The notes: generated by a model not told the origin, from the sequence alone. A stretch of 64,000 nt of DNA from an uncultured Candidatus Binatia bacterium (GCA_965218425.1 OZ244621.1:4224001-4288000); one strand, 5' to 3'; positions 1 to 11,052 are shown, numbered from the stretch's first letter. Numbers and translations: made by a program.

Positions 1-538
1 TGTAGACTTTCACGTGGGTGATGGGCCGGACGGCCTTCAATGCAAGCATCTTGTAAAAGGCCTGACCACCGGCGCCATAAAGCCCCACGGTTTTCGCATC
101 CTGTCTCGCCATGTGACGAAAACCAACCCCGCTGGTTGCCCCCGTGCGCAATGCCATGACACTCGGGAATCCCGAGCGCTCATCAAATAGCTCCCCAATG
201 ATAATGGCGAGAAGTTCACTCGTCTGCGAATCCCAAAGATTATAGACGGGATGTTCGCGGTACGGATAGGTCTGGTTACCGGTATCATGAGTCACCGATT
301 CTCCACGGCTCAACGACCCGATGACGCCGAGACCGGGAATGCCTCCAGGGAAATTACTGACCCGAACGCCTTCGGGTGAGTGAACCCGTCTCCGCGGTGC
401 ATTAACAAGTGGATAATCCTGTGCCTCGCGGTAGCCCTGCTCGATCAAGTCAATGGCGTCTTCTACGGTAATCAGCCCTCTGATGTCCTGTGGCCTTAAC
501 AGTAGAATCGTTTTATCAGCTCGAACCGCCGTATTCAT
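1..538 (-). CDS. Ornithine cyclodeaminase/mu-crystallin family protein (3' end outside window)
   Basis: Manual translation, not in the ORF track: MNTAVRADKTILLLRPQDI...ALRTGATSGVG...VGLYGAGGQA. RTGA motif plus GxGxQ Rossmann motif; frame stays open to the window edge. Confidence 0.85.
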   Translation of the reverse strand, partial: MNTAVRADKTILLLRPQDIRGLITVEDAIDLIEQGYREAQDYPLVNAPRRRVHSPEGVRVSNFPGGIPGLGVIGSLSRGESVTHDTGNQTYPYREHPVYNLWDSQTSELLAIIIGELFDERSGFPSVMALRTGATSGVGFRHMARQDAKTVGLYGAGGQAFYKMLALKAVRPITHVKVY

Positions 539-558
539 GCGCCAGGCCTTTCTTTATT

Positions 559-1497
559 TTAGGAGAGCTTCTTCAACTCATCAACATAGTCTTTAAAACC
601 GGCCTCAATGTCAAACTCCGGTGTCCAACCCAATACATCCTTGGCTTTCGCGATAACCATAGGCTGTCTGGCTGACCGGGGCGTTTGACCGGGAATCATC
701 TCAACTTCAAGCTTGGGCAACAGCTTCTGGGCGATGGCCACCAGTTCGTCGAATTTCACTACGACACCTGTGCCGATGTTTAACGTCACGGGAGAGGAAA
801 GATTAACAGTAGCCGCCTTATCTAAAGCACGACCGAGATCCTTGTAGTAAACATATTCGAAATCCCTGGCCTGTTCCTGTCGCACTTTGACAACGCCGCC
901 ATTGATACCTGTGAGAAGAATATTTTGCAGCATCTCGCCCCCCCCTGAGCCACCCGCAAAATGCCCAACTCCATACACATTGGCAAGACGGAGGATGATG
1001 AGCTCGAAGCCGTACAGCCGCTGATAAGCCTCCACCATGAGTTCCTTGGCAACTTTCGAGTTACCGTATGGCTCTCCCGGACCGCGGGTAAAAGACTCGT
1101 CGATGGGAGCCGGTTCGCCCTTTCGGCGGTCATAGACGCCAAAGGTGCTGATATGCACCAGGCGCTTGACCCCTGTAAGACGCACCGCTTCCGCGACGTT
1201 GATGGTTCCCATAACGTTGATTTGCATGCCCGTGTAGATGGGCTGAGCGACCTTGCCGCCGATGAGCCCGGCGGTGTGAATGACCTTGTCAACTCTGTTT
1301 GCCTGAATCGTCTCGATCAAAGCGGGCAGGTCTCTGACGTCCCGCTGCACCACCGTGACGTTCGCCGATCCCAGTTTCTTTGCAAGAAAATCTTTCCGTG
1401 GCGCCACGTCATAGAAAACGATCTTCTCCCCCCGTTTGAGCGCCAGTTGCGCATAGGATGTCCCCACTAAACCCAACCCGGTGATGAGCGTTGCCAT
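559..1497 (-). CDS. NAD-dependent epimerase/dehydratase (extended SDR)
   Basis: TGLGLVG nucleotide-binding motif and YGNSK (YxxxK). ATG 1497 follows an AGGAG RBS. Confidence 0.85.
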   Translation of the reverse strand: MATLITGLGLVGTSYAQLALKRGEKIVFYDVAPRKDFLAKKLGSANVTVVQRDVRDLPALIETIQANRVDKVIHTAGLIGGKVAQPIYTGMQINVMGTINVAEAVRLTGVKRLVHISTFGVYDRRKGEPAPIDESFTRGPGEPYGNSKVAKELMVEAYQRLYGFELIILRLANVYGVGHFAGGSGGGEMLQNILLTGINGGVVKVRQEQARDFEYVYYKDLGRALDKAATVNLSSPVTLNIGTGVVVKFDELVAIAQKLLPKLEVEMIPGQTPRSARQPMVIAKAKDVLGWTPEFDIEAGFKDYVDELKKLS

Positions 1498-1803
1498 TTT
1501 CACTCCTTTCTATTAGTCCCTTGGAAATCATTAAGAACCCGCTATTGAGGAGCGGCCATCAGGAATCGATTCAATCCTGGCACAGCCACCAGCCGCGAAC
1601 CTTTGGATGTCTTCACCTTATTTCTGAGGGGAACAATATCCGATCAGGGCCTATAAATTCAATTCTTTTCCCTTGCTGCAAGCTACGCTTGACACCCCAT
1701 TTACATGTGATATGGCTGCTTTCCAACGACGCTTTTCATCGTTGGTTTCATGGTGAGCCTGCCCAGGCTTGTTCATTGATGATCGTAAAGGAGGTTAGTC
1801 ACC

Positions 1804-3019
1804 ATGCTCGAAAGAAAAGGATTAGATAAGGCAACGCAACTTAGAGGGCGGCTGACACCCTTGGACCTGTTGACCTTTTTGTTAGCAGGCTTGTCGTTAC
1901 TGGCATTACCAGGTTTGTCTGGAGGCGCATCATGGGACGAGACCGTCGCAGCGGCCAAGAAGGATAACAAGCTAATCGTCGTGTTGGGTGGCGGCGCATC
2001 GCGGAAATACCGGCCAGTCTTCCAGCACTTTGAAGACAAGTTTGGAATACAAACCGTGGTCTCCACAGGAAGTGGGCGCAAACAAGCGGACCGGCTTCTG
2101 GCAGAGCGCGGAGCCCGGAGATACAAGGTGGACCTCATCATGACCGGGGGCACCACTGGGAACACGAGGCTCTTACCCAACGGCGTCATCGACCCCATCA
2201 CTCCCGAGTTGTTCCTCCCGGAGGTCGTGGATAAATCCCTATGGTACAAAGGCAGGCACTACTACAGCGACCCCAAGGAGAATTACATCTTCGCCTTCTC
2301 GGCCACCGCCGACTTGACACCTATCGCTATGCGCTTCAACACGGACAGATTGCCCATCAAAAAGGCCAAGCGGATCGACTCCGTATGGACGTTTCTGGAC
2401 AGGAAGCGTTTTGGCGGGCGGATCGTCGCCCTGCCGCCGACCATCGCAGGTGCCGGTGGGACTTACCTTCACCGCTCAGGTCCATCCGGACCTTGGGGTG
2501 GAGTTTTTACGGCGTTTCTTTGACCCAGAGCTAAAAGTCGATTTTATCCAAAGTTACCGCCAGGTGGCCGACGGCGTTGCCAGAGGTAAATATACCATGG
2601 GCTTTTTTATCGGTTCTGGCGGTCAAGACATTGACAGACTGGGCGATCTAGGGCTGCCGGTGGCCAACTTCGGGGAGATTATAGAAGGGCCACTGAAGGA
2701 GCGACCCACTCTCCAGGGCACCGCGTCGTCCAACAACATCATGGTGGTCAATAGGCGGCCACATCCGAACGCGGCGAGGCTCTTCGTCAACTGGTTCCTC
2801 TCGAGAGAGGGACAGACCATCATGCATACCAAGAGCGGACGGTCGCCTGCCCCCACCTTTCGCGTGGACGTAAAGGAGCAGGGGAAAGTGCGCACGGCAG
2901 ACATGCGCAAGCCGGGAATTGATTATCTAACAATGGCCCATGACCCTGAAATCCAGACGAAGCGGCTTTCAATGCTGAAGCGGGCGGAAAAAATTTACCG
3001 GAAGATACGGGGTAAGTAA
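1804..3019 (+). pseudogene. ABC transporter solute-binding protein (Fe3+/thiamine-like family), +1 frameshift near 2467
   Basis: ORFs 1804-2523 and 2411-3019 join if one C is removed from TAC-C-TTC, giving GTYFTAQVHPDLG. Signal peptide present, plus HPNAARLFVNWFLSREGQ motif shared with 8 paralogues. May be a sequencing indel. Confidence 0.75.
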
Positions 3020-3096
3020 CGGCGCAGTCTTCTTCGCCGCGCACACTATGAATCCAACGTAGATTGAAGACTTGCTCCCCTTCCAAACGCGCTGCG

Positions 3097-4056
3097 TCAC
3101 GCGAACCCAGGTACGACCTCGGTGGCGAAGCGCTCCATCATACCACGGTCGAAGGGTCGTGGTGTCATCAGGATGAAGTGGTTGATGCCCGCATCCGTCC
3201 ATCGGTCCAGCTGATCTTGCACCTCCGCGACGCTTCCCAGGAGCATGCTGTCGCGGGTCTGGGTCTGCGGGTCGTGGTAGCGCTTAGAGGGCCGGCGAGC
3301 AAGCAATGCCCCTCGGGCCACCGTCCGGTCCACCTCTTCCTCGCTGTCGCTGAGTTTGATCTGTAGTTGCACCGAACGGCGCATCCGGCCGAAGTCGCGG
3401 CCCATCTCTTCGCAGACGGCCTCCATCTTGGCCAGGTTCGCCTTCACTTCCTCCAGAGGTGCGATCTGGTTGTAGTCAGTGGCGTGCTTGGCCGCCACTC
3501 GCATGGTGCGCTCGCCAGTGCCGCCGACGATGATGGGGGGATGAGGCTGCTGGAGCGGTTTGGGCATCATCGGTGCGTCGTGAAGTGAGTAGTACTTGCC
3601 ACGGAAGTTGGCCGGCTCCTCGGTCCACAGTGCCCGGATGACGGAAAGCCCCTCGTCCAGCCTCTCCACTCGCTCCTGAAACGGTCGCCACTCGATACCG
3701 TGAACTTCGAACTCCTGCGGCATGTTGCCAGAACCGATCCCCAACTCCGCTCGGCCGCCCGAGGCATGGTCAATGGTATTGATCATTTTTGCGGTGATGA
3801 CCGGGTGACGAAAATTATTGTTCATCACCAGCATTCCCAGTCGCAGGCTTTTCGTATGACCTGACATGGCGGCAATCACCGTGAGTCCTTCGAGCCGTTC
3901 CGGCGACGGCCCCCTACCCCGGCGGATCTGCATGAGATGGTCCGAGGGGTAAAAACCGTGATAGCCCATCTCGTCGCAGGCCCTGCAGACCACAAGGAAG
4001 TCCTGCCAACCGAGACCAGAGCTCCCACCTATGCTGAACAACGCTCTTCCTGCCAT
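3097..4056 (-). CDS. LLM-class flavin (possibly F420)-dependent oxidoreductase
   Basis: SDH, GRAELGIGSG and PKPLQQPHPPIIVGG motifs typical of luciferase-like monooxygenases. Confidence 0.85.
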   Translation of the reverse strand: MAGRALFSIGGSSGLGWQDFLVVCRACDEMGYHGFYPSDHLMQIRRGRGPSPERLEGLTVIAAMSGHTKSLRLGMLVMNNNFRHPVITAKMINTIDHASGGRAELGIGSGNMPQEFEVHGIEWRPFQERVERLDEGLSVIRALWTEEPANFRGKYYSLHDAPMMPKPLQQPHPPIIVGGTGERTMRVAAKHATDYNQIAPLEEVKANLAKMEAVCEEMGRDFGRMRRSVQLQIKLSDSEEEVDRTVARGALLARRPSKRYHDPQTQTRDSMLLGSVAEVQDQLDRWTDAGINHFILMTPRPFDRGMMERFATEVVPGFA

Positions 4057-4187
4057 GGCACCATCCGGGATGGAGAAGAGTTTTTGCGACCGTCAGACAA
4101 AGCGAACTGGCTCCGTACACCCGATTTTAAGTAGAGAGAAAGTCCTTGACAGTCTGTATGCTAGCCCACAATTAATGTCAACGACTA

Positions 4188-4216
4188 TTGACAGGTCAAA
4201 CGTCAAAGGATATAAG
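4188..4216 (+). promoter_or_regulatory. Putative sigma70 promoter for tctC-like gene
   Basis: TTGACA-N17-TATAAG ending about 38 nt before ATG 4255. Confidence 0.55.
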
Positions 4217-4254
4217 GCTGGCTGAGAAAAAATTTCACCCACGGGAGGTTCATA

Positions 4255-5259
4255 ATGCGAAACTACCCACGAAGCCTTTTAATGTCATCTTTCGCGTTCT
4301 TCTTCACGATGGCGTTTATGTCCACTGGTAAAGCGGTGCAAGGAAGTGATGTTGCCGATTTTTACAAAAACAATCGACTCAAGATCGTAGTCCAGTATGG
4401 ACCCGGAGGCGGTACGGACCTCCACGCCCGCTGGCTTGCGCGGAACTTACCCCGGCTTACCGGAGGCAAGGCAATCGTTCAGAACCAACCCGGCGCCGGC
4501 GGAATTATCGCTTACAACAAGCTCTACAAGTCAAAACCGGACGGCCTGACCATCATAACATCCCATACGAAGCTTGTGGCCTTCGATATCTTCAAGCGAA
4601 AAGGCGTTCGCTACAAGTTCCAGGAATTTCCTATCATTGGCCGGACCCAGACACCCGAAATCGTTTTTTTTGTTCGTAAAGACCTGCCCTCGGATCTGAA
4701 GGAGTTGCGGAAAATGAAACGGCTCCGGATTGGAGAGAGTTCACCTTTCTTCGGCGGGTTGTTGGCGGAGGCCCTGGGCCTTCCCAATGTCACCCTCGTG
4801 CCCGGTTATCAGGGAATCGCAGCGAGGATGGCGGCCATGCAACGAGGAGAGCTGGACGGCGCACCAGGTGGAGTAACAAGCGTCTTCAAGCATCGCAATG
4901 TAGCGAAACCCATCGCATCGGCCTTTCACGACAAGCGGATACCTCAGGTGCCTGACGTGGGAAAACTGGGTCGTGACCCGGGGAAAAGCTACACCACTGC
5001 ATTCGCGGGGCTCATGTGGACCATTATTACTACGCCTGGCGTCCCGAAGGAAAGGACTGAGTTTCTCGAGAACACCCTGCAGAAACTAACCCAAGACAAG
5101 CAAGCTCTGGCAGAAGCAAAAAAAATCAACCTCTCCATTAAGTGGGCAGGCTCCACCGAGCTGAGGAAGATGAGAAAAGTCTTCACGGATCTGAGTCCCA
5201 AAGAACGCGAAGAACTCAGACATATCACTGAGAAAAAGTACGTCGGTGCAATCAACTAG
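4255..5259 (+). CDS. Tripartite tricarboxylate transporter substrate-binding protein (TctC/Bug family)
   Basis: Signal peptide; YGPGGGTD and NQPGAGG motifs; KPDGLTI. Confidence 0.85.
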   Translation: MRNYPRSLLMSSFAFFFTMAFMSTGKAVQGSDVADFYKNNRLKIVVQYGPGGGTDLHARWLARNLPRLTGGKAIVQNQPGAGGIIAYNKLYKSKPDGLTIITSHTKLVAFDIFKRKGVRYKFQEFPIIGRTQTPEIVFFVRKDLPSDLKELRKMKRLRIGESSPFFGGLLAEALGLPNVTLVPGYQGIAARMAAMQRGELDGAPGGVTSVFKHRNVAKPIASAFHDKRIPQVPDVGKLGRDPGKSYTTAFAGLMWTIITTPGVPKERTEFLENTLQKLTQDKQALAEAKKINLSIKWAGSTELRKMRKVFTDLSPKEREELRHITEKKYVGAIN

Positions 5260-5367
5260 GACATTGTGCAACGGGAGGCCCGCGTGCTGCATCCCCGGGT
5301 CCCCCCTGCATTTGACCATTATCAGAAGAGAAAACTTCCCCGATTACCAATGTAAGATTGCCAGCAT

Positions 5368-5877
5368 CTAGTCTGAAAACGGTAGGTAACCTTCCAGTAA
5401 ACCTCTGTGCCAGGGGACATTCATCAGGTGGTCGAATACTCCCAATATCAGCGCCAGCACCAGGCTCACGGCGAGCAAGGTAACGTACCAACTCGCCCGG
5501 CTGTAAAACTGCAAATAAACCGCCAAAAAAACGGGAATCGCCACCCTGAATCCAACCAGCAGGATCAGAGCAAATAGGCCCAGAGCGCTACCAAAAAAGC
5601 CACCCGCACGCCGGGCAACGTCCGCCGCAGCAACCGAGGTATCCACGGAAATGTCGAGGATTTCCTCGCGCGGAGAAGACGCAGCTGCAGGCTGCCACAG
5701 CAGTTTGAATGTATCTTTACCCAACTGCACCATTGCGACTATCAAAACGGGAACGCCGATAGTCATGGGAAACAACTTGGTTTCAAAGGGCCACCCAACG
5801 GCGGTAAAAACGCCCCATGCCAGGGTTGCTACCAGCAAAAAATCGAACAGAACATGGGAGGCTCGGGCTAGTGTCAT
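5368..5877 (-). CDS. tctB: Tripartite tricarboxylate transporter small membrane subunit TctB
   Basis: Hydrophobic 169-aa protein starting MTLARASH. Its ATG overlaps the tctA TGA (ATGA). Confidence 0.75.
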   Translation of the reverse strand: MTLARASHVLFDFLLVATLAWGVFTAVGWPFETKLFPMTIGVPVLIVAMVQLGKDTFKLLWQPAAASSPREEILDISVDTSVAAADVARRAGGFFGSALGLFALILLVGFRVAIPVFLAVYLQFYSRASWYVTLLAVSLVLALILGVFDHLMNVPWHRGLLEGYLPFSD

Positions 5878-7367
5878 GGATCGTCCTTCTGGCCCCCTGT
5901 GGTCTGGCTCATGTACTGCTTGATAGACGGATACACCAGAGTCAGAACGATGAGGATAAAGAGAACAATCACCGCAGGCCGCATCAGCCAGCTCCATCCA
6001 TAGGTAAGTATAGAAATGTAGAGGTACTTTTCCACTGTACCGCCCAGGACAAATCCGATGATCATCGGCGGGCGAGGCCAGCCAAAGCGCTTCATGGACC
6101 ATCCGAACAGCCCAAAGCAAAGCAAGACAACCATGTCGCCCACGTGACGCCGTGCCAGGAAGGCGCCCAGGAACATGATCACCAGGAGAATCGGTGCCAG
6201 CACCTGCCCACGGATCGTTGCGATACGGGCAAGCTGATTGGCCAAAAGAAAACAGAGTCCGGTTCCAACAATATTGGCTATGGCCAGGCTCCATCCAATG
6301 GTAAAGGTCACATCCAGATGCTTCGTGAGCATGTCTGGCCCGGGCTCGAGCCCCTGAATGGTCATGGCGCCGAGGAAAAGAGCCATGGTGGTGCTGCCAG
6401 GGATTCCAAAGGCGAGGGTTGGAATCAATCCACCGCCCTCCTTCGCATTGTTCGCGCTTTCGGGTGCGATCACTCCACGGACATCACCCTTGCCAAAATT
6501 TTCCGTATTCCTCTCCGTGTGCACAGCATGGCCGTAGGCAAACCAATCAACCACAAGACTCCCCAGTCCCGGTATGGTTCCAATCCACACCCCGAGAGCG
6601 CTGGAGCGCAAGACTAGCCACCAGTTGCGAAAAGCGTCCTGGAAACCTTCAAAGCGTCCTTTTAGTTTTTCAGTCGTGCCGCGGGCGATGCTGGTACCGC
6701 TAACCACCAGATCGGCCATCTCCGCCATGCCGAACAATCCTAACGCCACAGGCACCACATGCAATCCATCCCACAGATAGATCAGGTCGAAAGTCCACCG
6801 ATCCACGCCCGCCAGCGGATCCAAGCCCACCATGGCCAAAAGAAAACCCAAACCTCCCGCAACTATTCCCTTGAGGGGAGCAGAGCCGCTGAGACTAACC
6901 ACCAACGACACGCCCAACAGTGCCATCATGAAAAACTCGGGGGAACCGAATAGAAGAACCAGAGGGCCCAGGACAGGGATGGAAAGAGTCAACACTATCG
7001 CGCCAAATAAACCGCCTATGGCGGAGACCGTAAATGCCGCTCCCAGCGCTCGTCCGGCTTCTCCTTTCTTGGCCATGGCGTGGCCGTCGATAATCGTCGC
7101 CTGGGATCCCACTGTACCGGGAAGCGCGAATAGCACCGAAGGGATGGTATCCGAAGTGGTGGTGACCGCCAGCATTCCGATCATAAAGGCAAACGCCGAA
7201 AAGGCACTCATATCAAAGGTAAAAGGAAGCATAAGCGCCAGTCCCACCACGCCACCGATACCGGGGATTACCCCCAGGGAAAGGCCAAGCACAACTCCGG
7301 CCGTAAGCATAAAGAGATGCCAGGGGGAAAGGATGTTGATCAACGCCTGCACTAATGCTTCAAACAT
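5874..7367 (-). CDS. tctA: Tripartite tricarboxylate transporter large permease TctA
   Basis: GVIPGIGG, GVIAPESANNAKEGG and LAFGIPGS signatures. Confidence 0.92.
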   Translation of the reverse strand: MFEALVQALINILSPWHLFMLTAGVVLGLSLGVIPGIGGVVGLALMLPFTFDMSAFSAFAFMIGMLAVTTTSDTIPSVLFALPGTVGSQATIIDGHAMAKKGEAGRALGAAFTVSAIGGLFGAIVLTLSIPVLGPLVLLFGSPEFFMMALLGVSLVVSLSGSAPLKGIVAGGLGFLLAMVGLDPLAGVDRWTFDLIYLWDGLHVVPVALGLFGMAEMADLVVSGTSIARGTTEKLKGRFEGFQDAFRNWWLVLRSSALGVWIGTIPGLGSLVVDWFAYGHAVHTERNTENFGKGDVRGVIAPESANNAKEGGGLIPTLAFGIPGSTTMALFLGAMTIQGLEPGPDMLTKHLDVTFTIGWSLAIANIVGTGLCFLLANQLARIATIRGQVLAPILLVIMFLGAFLARRHVGDMVVLLCFGLFGWSMKRFGWPRPPMIIGFVLGGTVEKYLYISILTYGWSWLMRPAVIVLFILIVLTLVYPSIKQYMSQTTGGQKDDP

Positions 7368-7643
7368 AGTATTCCATCAGAGGTCATATTGCCTTGCATA
7401 CGCATCGTCATCGGATTACATCGACATCTGGATTTGAAACTACGTTGTGGTCCGTGACAATCCGGTACCCGTACACTATTGCATTTTAACTTGTCAAGAC
7501 AGGGAAACAGGCCGGTGTGAAATTTGAGTCGCAACAAGGGCGTTGCATCGTGTGGCACGAACAGATATTTTCTTTTGGGTCGCTGGAAGTGGCAATCCGA
7601 TCACGAATTTTCCTTCTCTTTTTTCAGTAAGGAGGCAACAACC

Positions 7644-8159
7644 ATGTGGATTCCGTCAATTTTGAACAGGTGGAAGTCGATTGAGGATCGATCTGTAACG
7701 GCTAGAATACCTGAGACCCTCGAACTTTATAATGAGATTATTGAACGAAAGAAAAAATCACGCATTATGATTCACAGCAATGAATTAAACTGGAAAGTTG
7801 TCGAGGGCGGTGTTAAGCACGCGAACCTGCTGGACTTCCGGCTAGGGTTCCAGAACACATTGGCCAACCTTGCGATTTCCGAGGTAGCGCCGGGGAACCG
7901 GGCAAGCGACGGCCACAAGCACGGGGAGGCCTATATCTATTGGCTTGAAGGAAAGGGATACAGCATTGTGGGCGAGGAAAAACACAACTGGGGTCCTGGG
8001 GACGCCATGTACGTTCCTCCCGATACGTTCCACCAGCATTTTGTGACTTCCGACACGCCTGCGAAGTACTTGCGCATCATCCCCTCTCCCCTATTAATGA
8101 ACCTCTTGGCGGTAATGGCCTCTCTGGGACCCTATCTTAAGCCGGAGGCACAGAAATGA
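7644..8159 (+). CDS. Cupin domain protein
   Basis: HKHGEA and PPDTFHQH cupin motifs. ATG 7644 follows AAGGAGG. Confidence 0.8.
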   Translation: MWIPSILNRWKSIEDRSVTARIPETLELYNEIIERKKKSRIMIHSNELNWKVVEGGVKHANLLDFRLGFQNTLANLAISEVAPGNRASDGHKHGEAYIYWLEGKGYSIVGEEKHNWGPGDAMYVPPDTFHQHFVTSDTPAKYLRIIPSPLLMNLLAVMASLGPYLKPEAQK

Positions 8160-8262
8160 CAGGTCTCCGCGGGATTTAGCAGAGACAGATAGGAACGCTA
8201 CGGCTGACCTCAAAACTCATGGGGGGTCAGGTTGAAGCGACCCGGGTTTCACGGACAGTTAA

Positions 8263-9081
8263 TTAAGCCACACGTTTGATCGAGTCATATGCCATTGGGG
8301 TGTGGTATCCCAACGACTCATGCTTTCTTCTTCGGTTATAAAACAGTTCAATGTAGTCGAAGATATCCGACCTAGCGTCCTGCCTCGTCTTATAATCCTG
8401 ATGGTGTACAAGTTCATTCTTTAGTGAGCTGAACAAACTCTCGACCACTGCATTGTCGTAGCAATTCCCTTTGCGGCTCATGCTGCGCACCACCCCATGG
8501 CGTTTGAGCAACTCAACGTAGTGATTGCTAGCGTATTGGATTCCTTGGTCGCTATGGTGAATCAGCCCCGCCATAGGCTGGCGCTGTTCGATAGCCATCA
8601 GTAAAGCTTCACTGACCAACTCCTGTGTGGGACGTTGCTTCATTGACCATCCCACCACCAGCCGAGAGTAAAGGTCCACCACTACCGCCAGGTATAACCA
8701 CCCAGATCGGGTACCAATGAAGGTAATATCGGCCATCCATACCTGGTCGGGGCCTGACGCTTCGAAGCGTTGACGCAACAAGTTCGGTGCCGGTGGCGCA
8801 CTGTGACGAGCCTTGTAGGCCAATCGAAACCTTTGCACCCGACGCGTCTCTATCCCCACTAAACTCCTCAGCCTCGCCACCCCATGCTTCCCACATGTCA
8901 CCCCCGCCTCCTTCAGCGTCAGCCATGTCTTGACTGCCCCGTACGCTTCCTTGTAGCTCTCGTGCACCTTGCGGATCTCTTTGATCACAACCTTATCCTG
9001 TGCTCTACGCCGAGACTCCCCTCGACCGCTCCAGTCGTAGTACCCACTACGACTGACCTCTAATACCTCGCACATCCTCAC
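8263..9081 (-). CDS. IS3 transposase OrfB (DDE integrase core)
   Basis: WMADITFI, HSDQGIQY and GNCYDNAVVES motifs. Confidence 0.92.
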   Translation of the reverse strand: MRMCEVLEVSRSGYYDWSGRGESRRRAQDKVVIKEIRKVHESYKEAYGAVKTWLTLKEAGVTCGKHGVARLRSLVGIETRRVQRFRLAYKARHSAPPAPNLLRQRFEASGPDQVWMADITFIGTRSGWLYLAVVVDLYSRLVVGWSMKQRPTQELVSEALLMAIEQRQPMAGLIHHSDQGIQYASNHYVELLKRHGVVRSMSRKGNCYDNAVVESLFSSLKNELVHHQDYKTRQDARSDIFDYIELFYNRRRKHESLGYHTPMAYDSIKRVA

Positions 9082-9122
9082 TACCCTAAACTCTGTCCTG
9101 TGAGCTCGTATAAACGCGTACT

Positions 9123-9413
9123 TTACTTGAGCTCCTTGGCAAAGTACGCTGCGGCCTTTTTTAATATATCTCGTTGTTCCGTTACCCGCTCCAGCTCTCG
9201 CCTTAACCGTGCTACCTCATCGTTGTCTCTACCTCGACCTGTGCCGGGAAACGCAGCCGCCCCTTTCCTCGTCACTTGCTCCTGCCACTTGTACAGTCGA
9301 TTGCGAGGTACTCCCAGTTCCCGTGCAATCTCCGCTGCTGGCCGAGCGCCCGCCTCCAGCAGTCGAACAGCTTCCAACTTAAACTCTTGGGTGAAACGCC
9401 TTCGCTTGCCCAT
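9123..9413 (-). CDS. IS3 transposase OrfA (HTH)
   Basis: RFTQEFKLEAV...ILKKAAAYFAKE. Confidence 0.9.
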   Translation of the reverse strand: MGKRRRFTQEFKLEAVRLLEAGARPAAEIARELGVPRNRLYKWQEQVTRKGAAAFPGTGRGRDNDEVARLRRELERVTEQRDILKKAAAYFAKELK

Positions 9414-9479
9414 CGAACACCTCCTGCGGGGATCTTGTCCCCTTTTTAGGTGTCCGTCAAACCTGGGCTACCTCAGGTA

Positions 9480-10967
9480 TCATTCCAACCCGAACTCCTT
9501 CCAGCGTGAAAGGAGGCGGGATTTCAGTTCGTTGGTGACTTTGTTCACAGGCTTGAATCTCACGATTTCTCCACCCGGTCCCCGCTTGGCCCGGAAGGTA
9601 GCATCGATGACCACGCTTGAAGTCTTCCCTCCATAAAGATCTGTAAGCGGATCGTGCGGGGACGGCCGGTCCCTTGGACCAACCCGCATATGCACATCCG
9701 GCATGACACCCTGCATGACCCTCCACAGGACGTCGTCCCAGTCTCGGACGTCGCAGTCCTCATCCACCAGAATGGTCCACCGGGGCATGCGGTTATCGTA
9801 GGCTTCCGGGGCGCCACGCAGGTTCTGGATCACGTAGTCCACCTCTTGCGGAGAGTTCACACGGACTCCGATTACGGCCATCAAAGCGTGGCTTGCCCCC
9901 ACGTGGTCCGGGATATAAATGTCGGTGATTTGCTCGATGTGGCTGTTGCTCTCGCGAAACGCGTCAGTAAAGAGCCACTTTGGGTAGTCCTCATGTTGGC
10001 GACAGATGAGACCGTAGCTGAGGGGCTTCTTTCGATGGGTAATACACGTGACCTTTATGAGGAACGCTAGATCACTGTGCGAATAAAATCCTGGAGACTC
10101 GCCGTGGGGTCCCTCCGAAGTGCGAATTTGGGGCACCACCTCCCCTTCAATGATTATCTCGGCGGAGGCTGGTACCAGGAGGGAAGGATCTGTTACGCAG
10201 CGGACCAGAGGGACGGCCTCTCCCCCCAACGCACCGGCCAAGGCGTATTCAGCGTGGGGATACTCTTTCGAGGGTACGGATTGAGCGCCGCTATAGGTCA
10301 GGCGCGGATCCATGCCGAGCGCTAGGGCAATGGGAGTTGGCTTACCCTTCGTTTCATTCTGATGAACATGGAACGCGGTGCCGTATCCCCTTGGTGACTG
10401 GCCGAAAGGAAGTCCGCGAGCATTGAGGGTTAAGCTCCTTTTGTCTTTAATCATCGCCCGATAGAGACCGTAGTTGGTATACCCCGTTTCTAGGTCGGCG
10501 GTGACCACAGCCGCCGTGGTGCCAATGTACTGACCACCGTCTCCTTCGTGCCACCAGGGAGTTGGGAACTGATAGAGGTTCACGTCATCGCCCCTGTGTA
10601 CTTCCTCCTGGCAAAGGCCGGTCTCCACCACCACCGGTGGAATCAGGTTATCTTTCGCTTCTCTGACCTTTCGAATGATCGCCCCGCCGTCCGGAGGTGT
10701 ACCAAAGCCCAGACCCAACTTCTCGGCACTGTCCATAAGGTTGGTGACCAGCGAATGACCTGGATAGCCCTTGATATTCTCGAACAGCAACGCCGGTCCA
10801 TTGCGGTCCAAAGTGATGGCGGAAATGGCACCCAACTCGTGCTTGAGGTCCACTTCTGCCGTAATATGTTTAAGCAGGCCAGCCTCCTCCAGAGTCGACA
10901 CGTAGCCTCGCAAGTCCTCGTTTCCAACCTTTGTGCTTGTTGTCGCCTGTAGTTTATTTTTTGCCAT
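9480..10967 (-). CDS. UbiD-family (prFMN) decarboxylase
   Basis: GPALLFENIKGY, DGGQYI, EGPHGE and ILVDEDCD motifs. Start set at MAKNK after a GAGAGGGA RBS. Confidence 0.88.
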   Translation of the reverse strand: MAKNKLQATTSTKVGNEDLRGYVSTLEEAGLLKHITAEVDLKHELGAISAITLDRNGPALLFENIKGYPGHSLVTNLMDSAEKLGLGFGTPPDGGAIIRKVREAKDNLIPPVVVETGLCQEEVHRGDDVNLYQFPTPWWHEGDGGQYIGTTAAVVTADLETGYTNYGLYRAMIKDKRSLTLNARGLPFGQSPRGYGTAFHVHQNETKGKPTPIALALGMDPRLTYSGAQSVPSKEYPHAEYALAGALGGEAVPLVRCVTDPSLLVPASAEIIIEGEVVPQIRTSEGPHGESPGFYSHSDLAFLIKVTCITHRKKPLSYGLICRQHEDYPKWLFTDAFRESNSHIEQITDIYIPDHVGASHALMAVIGVRVNSPQEVDYVIQNLRGAPEAYDNRMPRWTILVDEDCDVRDWDDVLWRVMQGVMPDVHMRVGPRDRPSPHDPLTDLYGGKTSSVVIDATFRAKRGPGGEIVRFKPVNKVTNELKSRLLSRWKEFGLE

Positions 10968-11022
10968 TGCCTGATCCCTCTCGAATCGCCCCTGTTCGAC
11001 GACTGACCTTGATTCAGGGGAT

Positions 11023-11052
11023 ATCTTATGCGGGATAGTACTCACTTGTCAA
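11023..11052 (-). promoter_or_regulatory. Putative sigma70 promoter for ubiD-like gene
   Basis: TTGACA-N18-TAAGAT, closely similar to the promoter at 40288-40317. Confidence 0.5.

Larger units (their letters stand above)
8233..9475 (-). mobile_element. IS3-family insertion sequence, copy 1 (1243 bp)
   Basis: Imperfect 25-bp IRs TGAAGCGACCCGGGTTTCACGGACA / TGAGGTAGCCCAGGTTTGACGGACA, 3-bp target duplication GGT, orfA/orfB, and A AAA AAG frameshift site at 9156-9162. Confidence 0.95.

Noticed and set aside
5878..6294. N-terminal extension of the 308-aa TctB ORF
   Set aside because: It lies within tctA in another frame, and the ATGA coupling at 5874-5877 marks the start.
7553..7570. Sigma54 promoter (TGGCAC)
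   Set aside because: It lacks the TTGC -12 element at the required spacing.
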